Origin: Paraspadella gotoi
Taxonomy: Eukaryota; Animalia; Chaetognatha
DNA: 64,000 nucleotides
Direction: 5' to 3'
Assembly: GCA_051294375.1 (NCBI GenBank)
Contig: CM119263.1
Location: forward strand, 5,933,253 to 5,997,252
Shown: one piece after another, positions 1-14,540 of the stretch
How positions within the stretch are numbered: position 1 is the stretch's first letter
Layout: the number at the start of each line of letters is the position of its first letter
Made by a program: the position numbers and the translations under genes
The notes under the pieces: generated by a model
Database searches by the model: none
The model's input: the letters and a program-made list of their open reading frames with translations, nothing else
Told to the model about the DNA's origin: nothing

Positions 1-2
1 AA

Positions 3-1474
3 GCACAGTGTTGGGGAGGTCTTCTGCTTGACCCAAGCAACGCAATCGTGGTCTTTTCCTTGTGGTGAACGACACCAGGGAAGAGGAAGTTTAGTTGAGG
101 AAAATCTGTCTTGGTTTTGATTCCACCAAAAGTTGACGTCTGATCCTCTTTTAAAAAATCCCGTCCAAACGCGGAGAGGATTTTCGATCCGTGAGTCGGG
201 CGATCGACGTCGTCGGCGATTTGACTGTGATTCCGGGATGGAAATTACATTCGGGTATTGGGTGGCATTTGCAGGGGATGGGAGAGAGAATTTTCCTTCG
301 GGCGTTGAACCGACGAGATTAATTATAGCTTCGTTGCTTGGGATTGCTTGGTTTGCAAGCTCTTTGTAAATTGTGAAATTTGTGGCGTTTGTTATTTCAA
401 TATTCGTAATTGGAGCAAATGTGGAGGCGACTGAGGCTGTGGTTGCATCGATTGTCGCTCTGACAGTGGTTGCTTCTCGGTTGGCGACTGAGGTCGTGGT
501 AACAACATTTGTGGCTCCGGCAGTCGTGGCGTCTTGGTTGGAGACTGAGGTTGTGGTTGCAACGTTTGTAGCTCCGTAGTCTGTGGTGTCTTGGTTGGCG
601 ACTGAGGTTGTGGTTGCAACATTTGTGGCTCTGGCAGTTACGGCATCTTGGTGACTGAGTGTTGTGTGCAACATTTGTGGCTCCAACTGTCGTGGCGTCT
701 TGGTTGGTGACTGAGGTTGTGGTTGCAACGTTTGTAGCTTTGATGGTTGTGTTGTCTTGGTTGGCGACTGAGGTTGTGGTTGCAACATTTGTGGCTCCGG
801 CAGTCATGGCGTCTTGGTTGGTGACTGAGGTTGTGGTTGCAACGTTGTAGGTCCGGTTGGTTTTGTGGTAAGTCGGCTTGGTTGGTGACTGAGGTTGTGG
901 TTGCAACGTTTGTAGGTCCGGTGGTTGTGGTGTCTTGGTTGGTGACTGAGGTTGTGGTTGCAACGTTTGTAGCTCCGGTGGTTGTGGTGTGTTGGCTGGT
1001 GACTGAGGTTGTGGTTTTAACGTTTGTAGCTCCGGGGGTTGTGGCGTCTGTGTTGGCGATTCTGGTGACGGCAGAGGATTTAGTTTGGGTTTCAGCTGAC
1101 GTCGGTTGCTGCAAAATTGTCTTCAATGTCGGAAGAAATGCTGAGTCACTCTCGCGATAGGATTCCTCTTGAGATCCTTGTCTCCCGAACAATGAAGACA
1201 ATGGCGCGAGAACTGAAGCAACCTTTGGTTCTTGAAGGACAGAATCCTCAGTTGTCTTTGTCATCGACATCCCGAGTGCGTCGTCGTCCACGACGTCTTT
1301 GAGGCGTTCGATGGAGAATCGCGAAGACGCGAGTCTGACGCCAAATTTAGTCCAACATCTTTCAACCGATTGTCGCCAGTCGAGTCGCTCGTCCACGATG
1401 GTTAATGGAAGAATCTCAGGGCGAAGAGGAGAGAAGAAGAGAGGGAGAAGGAGGAAGATGGATAGGCAGCGCAT
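3..1474 (-). CDS. Secreted C-type lectin-like protein with a large Thr-rich mucin insert inside the lectin domain; 3' end outside window; two apparent frameshifts (~640-665, ~845-880)
   Basis: ATG 1474 starts signal peptide MRCLSIFLLLPLFFSPLRP. It is followed by a CTLD N-half (LTIVDERLDWRQSVERCWTKFGVRLAS...IERLKDVV) and ~11 x 19-aa TNVATTTSVTNQD repeats. The frame ending at base 3 then reads SNRRRRRSPDSRIENPLRVWTGFFKRGSDVNFWW...PWCRSPQGKDHDCVAW (WIGL-like, W..P and DCV motifs). No intron is evident. Confidence 0.75.
420..1050 (-). repeat. Coding minisatellite, 57-bp unit, ~11 copies
   Basis: The gaggttgtggttgcaac core recurs at 433, 490, 547, 604, 713, 770, 827, 891, 948 and 1005, a 57-bp spacing except at two indel-damaged units. 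Confidence 0.95.
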
Positions 1475-1483
1475 GGTAGAGAG

Positions 1484-1486
<3 letters not shown>

Positions 1487-1529
<43 letters not shown>
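1487..1529. repeat. (AG)n microsatellite
   Basis: Pure gaga run just upstream of the lectin ATG. Confidence 0.95.
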
Positions 1530-1532
<3 letters not shown>

Positions 1533-1827
1533 ATTTTCAAAGAATTCCACGTAATTTCAGTTTTCTTTTTTTTTCCGATTGATTTCGATTCCGATTAAAG
1601 TTGATCAAAAAAATTCTGAAGTGACGGACTTTGCCATGATCCTTTTTTAGAAGTATGCTTCTCAGATAATGACTCTTTCTCTATCAGTGACTCTGTCTCT
1701 CGCTCGGACCCGCTTGAGTTTCGAATTAGTTTTCGTCATCGAGATAATTTACGCGATTTTTTTTCAAGCGGAACTTGAATGGTTTTTACCCGAGTCATGA
1801 GGGATAGACTTATGGATAAAAAAACAA

Positions 1828-1894
<67 letters not shown>
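1828..1894. repeat. (GATA)n microsatellite
   Basis: Pure tagata/gata run. Confidence 0.95.
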
Positions 1895-1896
<2 letters not shown>

Positions 1897-2141
1897 GAGT
1901 CAAACAGACAAATTAAATATAAAAATTATGAGAAGAAAAGAGAAAAATAGCCACACCTGATAAAATTCCCAGCTGGACTAAAAAAGATTGAAATTGAAAA
2001 CAAGAATATCTATAATTATAATATTATAATAGAATAGAAATATAAATATAACCGTTAACTATGTATTCATAAACTAGTGGATGAATTGACTAACCCTAAC
2101 CCTAAACGACAACCATAACAACAACTTATATTGACAATCAG

Positions 2142-5100
2142 GATCAAAAGCGAAATCAACAGCCTGTTCCGATTGCCTTCGTTCAGTTTGGAAACGCGTC
2201 AAGAACAACGATTCTTTGGTCAGATGAGTCTCTGTCTCTCTCTGTCTTTGTTTTAGTCTTTGTCTTTATCACTTTTTATCTGTGTCACTTTGTCCCTCAT
2301 TTTGATTCTTTGTCTATCTGTCAGTCGGTCTTTTTGTTTTAGTTCCTTTTCCCTTATATCAATTAACTTTGTTTATTCCATTTCCTGTTGCCTACGAAAT
2401 TCTGCTGAGTATAAAGCGTCATAAAAAGGAACGATTCGAAGAGAACGAGAGAAGGGATTTTTTTCTCATTGATGTACTGTATGAAAGTTTCAAGGTTACT
2501 TGTTTTAGCATATTTTTGAAGAAAATTTGTTTAAATATTAGAAAAATACAGTTAATACTTTTGTCAATTAAAGAAAAAACTTTTAAGTTAGCACAATATA
2601 TTTTAAGAATCTAACAATAAAATTTAGTATTATCTACTTTTAGCATATTTGTGAATATTTTAAAGTGTGATGGAGGTTAGTGTTGTCTTTTGGAAATAGA
2701 GGGATCATCTAAATTTCTTAATTTTATCTAATTTTTATATACTTTTCATTCAAATACCATCGATTTGTTTAGAATGAAATCTTATGGGCTTTTTCGTCAT
2801 TAAAATTTGTATGCAAATTATTTATTATTATTTGTTTATATTAATTTTTTATCAGTCAAAGTGATCAGTCGGAATGAGTCAGAGTATTTTTTACAATATC
2901 CCGATTCATTTAGGTTTAATCCTTCTCCTTCCGGTCATTCATTTTATTTTGTCTCCCTCGATACCAATTTTTCGTTAAGCATTAATATTTAATGAGCACT
3001 TGGAATCATTTTATCATTTTCCTCTTCCCCAGGTTGGACTCCACGCGGTCTCCCTTCTCGACTTCCTCGTCAAGAACGCCGGAGTTCAGTTCCTCGGAGT
3101 TCTTGATGATCGAGATTTCGTTTTGAAGATGAGCGACTTCGTGAAGACAAAATTAGAGGAAAAGCAGCAGCACCACAAACCGGTCGCAGAGTCCCTGAAA
3201 GGTGAGCACCACCGCGGCACCACTTTCCGGTCGCAGAATCCGTGAAAGGTGGTTGTACAACCCCTTATGAATTGCCTATATTAATCGAACAATATCATTT
3301 TGAAAGTAATGAGAATTTGAAATTTGATTAACAGAGAAAGAGACATACAAAATTACCAACCAACCAAGAAGTGACTCGAAAGTTTCTCGCAACGGAAATA
3401 AAAAGAAAATTGATATTTTAATTATTTGTTTAATAACAAAGGCTAAGTAAAACATCTTTAATCAGAATAAAAACCCCCAACTACAGCGCGCATCCAAGAA
3501 TGGGCTGAAGGAGAAATGAAGCACATAACTTGGATTCCTGTTGGTCCATTTGAGGAAAGAAGAAAAGAAAGGAGCAACGTCAGGGGTCTATATAACATCA
3601 TGAGGAGACAGGGGTGAGAGAGATAAATGGAAAGATAACAATATTACGTGTTTAAGTAATTTTTATAATTATGAAATTTCAACAGCCAATATAAAAATTA
3701 TTCATTCTCTTAATAAAAGAATAATAATAAAATCGCAGGTCCTTGCAAGTCTTTAATCCAGTCTCTCTCACAGTCTAGTTTATTCACTATCGATTCATCT
3801 GGCTTCTCTGTTAATAAAGTTGTATAATGTTTCAAAGAAAAGAAAAAATATTTAAATTGTATAAAAGGATTACTCTATTATGTTATAAATATAACGATAT
3901 TTTTTCTTTCTCTTAGTTACTCGTTTCCGCCTTTGAAATTCGTCGATTCTTTGGCATCAGAAACAACGATGGAATCAGAAATCGAGAGAAGAGAAAAAGA
4001 AGAATTGGACAGAGCGATTCAGGTCTTTGTGATTCAAATCTTCAAATCTTCAAATCTTCAAATCATCGCCAAATCATCGCCAAATCATCGCCAAATCGTT
4101 TAGGGTCATGGTGATTCTTGTTGCTGTTTACTTTAAAACTTTGATTCTTTAAATTATGGAAATCGCCTAATCGCCAAATTTCCTCATCTCCAAACCCCCA
4201 GGCTTCCTTGCGCGAAACTTCGCTTCCAAAATCTCCGCCGCCTCCTTACGAATTTTCCGTCCCTGCACACGTCAATGCTCCATCGCACGCATCAACTTCC
4301 GCCTCGCATGCATCGACCTCCGCTTCGCACGCTGCGTCACCTTTTTCCCACGCAGCGCCAGCTTCTGCGGCGGAAATCCGTTCTACACAGAATCGGGCAA
4401 CTTCCATTTATCCTGGATATCAAATTTGTGAGAGTCACATGAAAATGACATCCTGATGTCATGAAGAAATGCGAAAGAAGACATAAAATTGACGAGATTG
4501 AAAACTGTTATAACTTTGATGTGCGATCAACACAAAAAAGTTATGGCATGAAAAGGACGATCTTAAGGCATGCTTGGCTGAGCTCATAACCCTCTAGCTT
4601 TTTTATCTATCAAGGACTAATATCAATGTCTCTGCTTGTCTCTGACCGACATTATTTCCTCCCTGCAGTGGCCGACAATCCCTGGCCGCCAAAACTCGTC
4701 CGCGCCATCTATGACTTCGAAGCGATGGAGGCCGACGAATTATCTCTCTCCGTGGGCGATCTCGTCAAAATCTTTGACGCCACCGACGCGAGTTGGTGGC
4801 GTGGGAAGAACGCCACATCCGGGGGGGAGGGACTGTTCCCCGCCTCATTTGTGGAGGAGGAGGGGAAAGGGGGAGAGTAAGAGAGGGTGGGAGGGGAGGA
4901 AAACGTGAGAAGACTGAGGGGAAGGGAGAAAGGGGAAGGGGGAAAAAAGGAGGTGGTTGGAGGAAGGTGAAACGTTAGAGGGGAAGGAGAAGAGAAAGGG
5001 GGGGGAAGTAAGAGGGGAAGCGGAAGGGAATAGATTTGAGAGGATAGTTAGAGGAGGATGGGATTATGAAAAAAAGGAACGAGAAATGAAGGGAAGAGGG

Positions 5101-5943
5101 AAGGAGAGAAAACATCCTCATGTTTTGATTCTTCACCCGAGGAGGCGAAAACGTCGTTTTTCCGCTTTATTTCTTTCAAGAAAAAACGAGAAATTCACGA
5201 AGAAAGAGGAGGGAAAAAAAGAAAGAAAAGAAGAGAAGAAAAGAGAGGAAGAGAAGGAGAGAAAAGAGGAAAGGGAGGAATCTCCCTCGATGGTGGCGCC
5301 AGTTATCGACGAGGAAAAGATCAAGAGGGCGCTTCACCTCATTCAACACGTCGATCCTTCGCGAACGAAAGACGAGGATGAAGATCGAAAATTGGAAGAG
5401 TTGGAGGCGAGTTTATTGGAGGGGGGCGTGGGGGGGGGGAAGTGATCAGCTGGAGAGTCAATTGAATAGGGAAATTAGATTTTTAAAATGGTATCAAAAT
5501 ACAATTTTAATAAAGGTTATATTGAATATCAAAATAGCTTTTGAAAGCAGGCAGTAGGGTTTTCTTAAATGATAGATATACCATTTTGTATTGTTCAGTG
5601 TTTAATGTACTTCCTTCTTCGTATTTTTTTCCCCCACCGCCAGACGGAATGCCTGGCCATGGGGCCCGAGATCGACGCTACGCTCGAGGCGACGGACAAG
5701 CGACATCTGGAGATCATGGATTTGAACAAACGTCTGGCAGATGCATTACAGATGTATCACTTTCTCATGATCAGAGAGAAACAGGCGCAAGGTAAGGGGA
5801 GGAGGAAGAGGATGAGGAGGAATTGGAAGATGACATAAATAATTGAATTAAAGATTTGTAAACTGAAATTAATTAACTAAAGATAGACATTTCTTCCTTA
5901 AGATGGCTCTCTGCCCGGAAATCCACAATCGACATTTGGTTAG
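2142..5943 (+). CDS. STAM: STAM/Hse1-like ESCRT-0 subunit (VHS-UIM-SH3-GAT), divergent; first exon and exact 3' end uncertain
   Basis: Phase-consistent exons: 2142-2218, 3033-3201, 3487-3613, 3917-4022, 4202-4427, 4669-4876, 5181-5406, 5644-5791, probably 5903-5943. VHS: DCLRSVWKRVKNNDSLVGLHAVSLLDFLVKNAG...ARIQEW. UIM: EKEELDRAIQASL. SH3: VRAIYDFEAMEADELSL...WWRG...GLFPASFV. GAT: IDEEKIKRAL...DPS...CLAMGPEIDATLEATDKRH...ALQMY. Confidence 0.88.
3669..3876 (+). mobile_element. Dispersed ~270-bp repeat family A, diverged copy (STAM intron)
   Basis: gcaggtccttgcaag...ctctctcacagtctagtttattcact...tggcttc matches 7781-8048. Confidence 0.7.
4043..4097. repeat. Short tandem repeats (caaatctt)n then (caaatcatcgc)n in an intron
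   Basis: 8-bp and 11-bp units are directly visible. Confidence 0.85.
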
Positions 5944-6776
5944 GCCGACAAGCCGACAACCCCGTGATCGATTAGTCGACAAGCCGACGATTGATTGGCG
6001 GCCTCGTTCGACTGACGTGAGAAATATCAGTGCTGTTGATTTACCGACAAAACGACGCGAGTGACCGACAGGAGCGAATGACAATGAAATCAAAGAAAAA
6101 GTGATAATTTCACATATTGTGTAGGTGAAATATTTAATGAGTGATCATTACAAACTTTGAAACACATTTTGTTTCTTTTTTTTGACTTTTAATGCTGTCA
6201 GGGACACGATATATTTTATTGTATTTTTAAAATGTGTATGGTGGACTAAAATCCACCAACGGTTCATCAGCGGCCGTTGGTGCCGGAGGCAAGTCATTCG
6301 CCTCCCAACCCAAAGGTCCCGGGATCTAGCGCAATGGTCGCGTAGCAGTTGTGAAACAGTTATGAGGGTCGGGGCCCCTAACCCGCCTGTAACTCGGTGT
6401 TACAGCCTGATCCGAAGCTCAGGTACTGCTTATATTGAATGGTTCTGTCACTAACACATAATAATAATCACTGTCTCTTCATCGGTGAGTCTGACTTCCG
6501 AACACAACAGCAACAACAACACTTTCTGGCGACATACCTCAACCTGGCGATGCACTTTCCGCCCACAACACATCATCCCGGAGAATATTGTTAATAAAAT
6601 AAATATTTTAAATATTTTTCTTTCATTTCTAGCTTTAAGTTTGATATAATTTACAAACAATATTACATTTGAACCCATCGTTCGTTAGTCTTTTGTCGAA
6701 ATCGAGAAGCTGAAATCTTCCAGGTTTTCAACTTCGTCGACGAGACACTGGGCGTCTTCATTTTCGATCTCGAATT

Positions 6777-6934
6777 GACCAATCAGCGACAAGACCAATC
6801 AAGTATTTCCCAATCAGCGACAAGACCGATCGATTATCTTCCAACCAGCGACGAAATGGATCGAGTAACGTCCAATCACGAGTCTTAGTTCAATTCCCTT
6901 GTGAGGATTCACTTGAGATTCTGACCAATCAGCG
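6777..6934 (+). promoter_or_regulatory. CCAAT-box cluster in a degenerate 31-bp tandem repeat; candidate promoter of the 7437 gene
   Basis: CCAAT(CAG) at 6779, 6810, 6841 (CCAAC variant) and 6872, exactly 31 bp apart, plus extra boxes at 6795 and 6925. About 500 bp upstream of ATG 7437. Confidence 0.45.
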
Positions 6935-7436
6935 AAGAGGCGTCGAAAGAAGGCCGAGATTAAACTGCCGAAGACTTCAAGGGCATCCAAAGGGCATCAG
7001 CCATATTTTTAATCTTTTTTAGTTAAATCTAATATAATTTAGGTAAGTTGTTTGAACTTTTCAACGAAATGTTACCAGCTAAAGTACAAGTATTCACTAT
7101 GTATGAAAATCAGAATGTGAAATCAGAATTACATACTTTTTCCCACATGATAACTAACAATGTTCGGCATTTAGTTAAATAATGACATTAGAACAAAATT
7201 AAGGGTTATTTCTAAAACTTTTATGTATAGATTTTTGGTCAGATAAATATTGAATATTCTTCGTTGTCCATACTTCATACTGTCCGTCCGTCAATTACTA
7301 CATTGTGGACGCAACAAGTTGCGTCCACAACATCCCTATTTAGTCGTTCCTTCAAGGGAAGAAATGGTTGTGTAACCATCTACCAAAATTATTTAACAAT
7401 TTCGTTGGTATTTTAATTATTTCATTCAGAATAAAA

Positions 7437-8270
7437 ATGGCGAAATTCGGTTCAATTTTCGCTTTGGCTTTTGTCTTCTTCCTCATCGCTCAATGTTTCG
7501 CCGATAATGGATCAGGTTTTTATTATTGATACATTTTAAACCAAAGTATTATTATTATTACTTAATCAATAATCATAATTAATTTTTAAAATTTGTTGTT
7601 GTTTTTCTCAGGCGAAAGAAATAAAAGAGAATCAGAAGATTCTGATTCTTCGGTCAACGAACTTTATGGAAGGTAAAGACTTTTTAATTATTAACAATAA
7701 TTAACAATTGATAAAGACGATAATTATTGTCGGTTGTGAAGACATAGTATACCACTGTGCAAGTGAGAAGTGTGAGTGCATATGAAATTGGTACAACCAA
7801 TATAAAAAATAAAAAAATTTTCCATTCATTTAATAAATAAGCTATCTTGCCCCTGACTTTGGACAGGCTTTGGTGGTTTAAGGCCTCCATCACTCTTACA
7901 AGATAATGACATAGCAGGTCCCTGCAAGCTTTCAATCAAGACTCTCTCACAGTCTCGTTTATTCACTCCCAGAGTACCTGGCTTCCCTATCAATGAAGTG
8001 GAAAATATTTCAAAGAATGTTTCAATTGTATGAAAAGACCACTCCCTTAAGTATTAGATCGGGGAATACTTATCGAACTCCGCACTAGCATCAAAATAAA
8101 AGGAGCTGAATTTTATGAAATTGGTACAACCAATATAAAAATTTTCCATTCATTTAATAAATAAGCTATCTTGCCCCTGACTTTGGACAGGCTTTGGTGG
8201 TTTAAGGCCTTTTTCTTTCGACATTTTTTTAATTCTTGAGAAATTCTTTTTTCAGACAGTTTAATATTAT

Positions 8271-8326
<56 letters not shown>

Positions 8327-8561
8327 ACTTTCTGTCTGAATATGAACAAAATAGGAATTGATGTCATAGTAATTTTAAAGACCCTTAAAAACCAAACAAA
8401 ATGATATTAATTACTCTCTTCCACAATTCCAATTCCATTCCAGACCCTCCCATTACCAATTCGAGATGTACAGACTTGCTGCAGTCTTTGGTTTTATCGG
8501 ATTTGCTGTCATCATGGGATTCGTCGTCTACAAGCTATGCAGCACTCATAACATACAGTAG
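7437..8561 (+). CDS. 85-aa type I single-pass membrane microprotein (signal peptide, RNKR site, TM, short tail)
   Basis: Exons 7437-7515, 7612-7672 and 8444-8561 are GT-AG, phase-consistent and total 258 nt: MAKFGSIFALAFVFFLIAQCFADNGSGERNKRESEDSDSSVNELYGRPSHYQFEMYRLAAVFGFIGFAVIMGFVVYKLCSTHNIQ*. Start context is aaaATGG. Confidence 0.8.
7781..8048 (+). mobile_element. Dispersed repeat family A, longest copy (non-autonomous SINE/MITE-like)
   Basis: tatgaaattggtacaaccaatat...gctatcttgcccctgactttggacagg...ctctctcacagtctcgtttattcactccc, with homologous copies at 3669, 8114, 45869(-), 56826(-) and a terminal fragment at ~42375(-). Confidence 0.75.
8114..8209 (+). mobile_element. Repeat family A, truncated near-identical 5' copy
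   Basis: Nearly identical to 7781-7886. Confidence 0.8.
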
Positions 8562-9667
8562 TCATGCTGCAGCGTTTTGATACTGTAGGCGCGCAGCACC
8601 GATTGATTACAGTAACACAGCATTTCGGTGGGCGCCTTCATCCTCATCTCATTCCCACTCGACGCGCGATGGAAAACAACAACAACAACGATTGGGCAAC
8701 CTTTATAAAAAAAAACATTATGAGCGAAAAAGCGTTTTAAATGCATTTTGGCTAATTAGCTTAGTTAAAATAAGTTTAAGGATTTAGTAGCATTCGGTGG
8801 AGGGCTAGGGTTTGGTCACCCTATTATACGGCAGTTAACATCTATTGATGACTATGGCGGATGACAAAATGAAAGTGTCGCCCAAAAGAGAAACAAAAAC
8901 TTGGATTCATTCGCGCGTCGCTCATTTCAATTTTTTTTTCATTTTTGTTCCAATCGCTTCACTTATTTGGGGTAGAAGTCAATTTATAGGAGGTTTTTCG
9001 TTTGTTTGGTCTTTTTTTTTCGTTTTAAATACATCTTTGTTATGTCATGTTTGAACATACAATTGTATAAATCGTTGTTTAAAACAATACTACCAAAATG
9101 AAAACAAAATGTGTAGCAACTTTGTTGAGTTTAAATTCCATCATTGTCTGAAGTTTCGATTGTTATTTTGTTCTCTTTTGTAATAAATGAATTCAGCTTT
9201 AATCAACTTAATCGTTTTAATATTAGAATAAAGAATCAGTTTAGATTGGATTGGAATAATTAAAATAAAAAAAATGAAATAATAAGCTTTTGTTTTTCCA
9301 TTATATATTTCTCATTGGCTACCCTCTGACGTAGAGCATCCGAATAATTATAAAACAAAAGACCTCTCAAGATGAAATTCAAACCGAATTCTTAAGTGCA
9401 TGAAAAAAATTATAAGATTGTATGAATCTACATACTAACTACTAAGCTCCGAAATCTTTAAAGTGCTGGTTTTCTAAGTTTGAACTTTTAATTAAAAATA
9501 TGTATTGATTATTTCTTTCTAAACAGATACGTTAAAGAATACTACTAATGTAGATTCTTAAAAAGCAAATGTTTTGATTTTATATTCAAAGTATGAGACC
9601 AAAAAAAATAATAGCACAATTTTCAGATCTGTTTATAATTTGGACAAGAACAACGTGGGATCCCTCG

Positions 9668-9714
<47 letters not shown>

Positions 9715-9955
9715 TGGAAACAAGTTTCGCCTGTTCGACCGGATTAGTTAGCAATCACCTTGCGAAGTCATCGACATTAGGTAATTAGTGGAGGTAACTC
9801 GACAAAAAAAATCAAATCCAAGTTCATCGGGATAAACTATAAAAGATATCACACAAACAACAATAGAAGACGTAAAAACGATGGATATAACAAAGGGTCT
9901 AAACAAAGGAAGGAAGATGGCACCAGATTTGAGTCACACGTTCAGTTTGATGAGA

Positions 9956-13256
<3,301 letters not shown>

Positions 13257-14411
13257 AATTGCACTGACGAAACGAGTTTTGTTTTTTTTTCTGTTGTTTT
13301 ATTTAATTTTAATTCTCATTTTTAATTCTATTTGTTTCTTTATTATTCTTTCGTTGATTTTGAGTTCAAAAATCTTTCGTCAAGTTTGGATTTTTTTTTT
13401 TTTTTTTTTTTTGCTTCATTTACATAACGAGCAATAAGTTCGGCAATTCTCTCTGTCTCTGTCAGCCGGACATTGCGACGTCGGAACGAGAGAAGAGACG
13501 TGAGAGGAGAGAGATGAGGGAAGGAGGACTGAGGAGAGACGAGGGATCTGACGAGACAGGAGAGAGGAGGAGAGAGGAGAGACGAGAGAGAGAGAGAGAG
13601 AGAGTAGCCGTTTTCTGATGCAGTTTCTCTTTGCTCGTTTTAGTTACGCAATCAACTTCTGGAGAACATTTCTTGTTTCTTTCCAACTAAAAAAAATAAT
13701 TGTATACCAATCAATTTACCATTCAATCAATCAATAAAATCATTTCGGGCTCCCGTTCCTCTTCGTTTTTTTTCTCAAGCAGCTCGTTCTCTTTTACAAA
13801 ATGAAAATTTATTGGGAGCCCGAATTTCAGAGCTCGACTGATCCAGTGCAGCTGAAATGCGGCTGAGCTGCGGTCGGGCTTGACAAAGCGGCGAATGCGG
13901 CAGCGGACAGAGTTTAACATTTCGATTCACGATTAATTCAATGGGTTTTTTTTTTCAGCGGAGATAATTGGCAATATGGTACTTAAATATGTCTTTATAT
14001 TATATTAACTTTAAAAGTGTTTTAACTGCCCAAATAGTCGTTTTAAGAAATAAAAAACGCTAAACTATAGGCGGGGTGAACTTATGCAATGCCCGACTAC
14101 ATTTCTATATTTTCATGACAAAAAAGTTATATTTCTTGTCTAACAATAAGAAAATTGATTACAATTTTACTTCATTCTTGTTATTACTCTTTTAATGTTT
14201 TATTATTTCCAGCGACGGTCGCGAACCCCGAACTTTTCCGTCCACTCGATTTCGGCGTCGCGCGAAGCAGGTCGGGCTCGCAAGACCGCGGGAGGGCGAT
14301 CGAGCCGGTCGGGTCGGTCGTGCCCGTCAGGCTGCATTCCGTCGCGGCCGCGAAACGGAGCGGCCTCTTTACTGTCGAGGGTCGTTTAGAGTTTGATGAC
14401 ATAACAAGTTC

Positions 14412-14540
<129 letters not shown>

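Noticed and set aside
420-1050. CRISPR-like regularly spaced repeats
   Set aside because: There are no unique spacers; this is a coding 57-bp minisatellite in a eukaryotic gene.
373-1160. Val-rich plus-strand ORFs resembling membrane proteins
   Set aside because: Antisense shadow of the Thr-rich mucin repeats.
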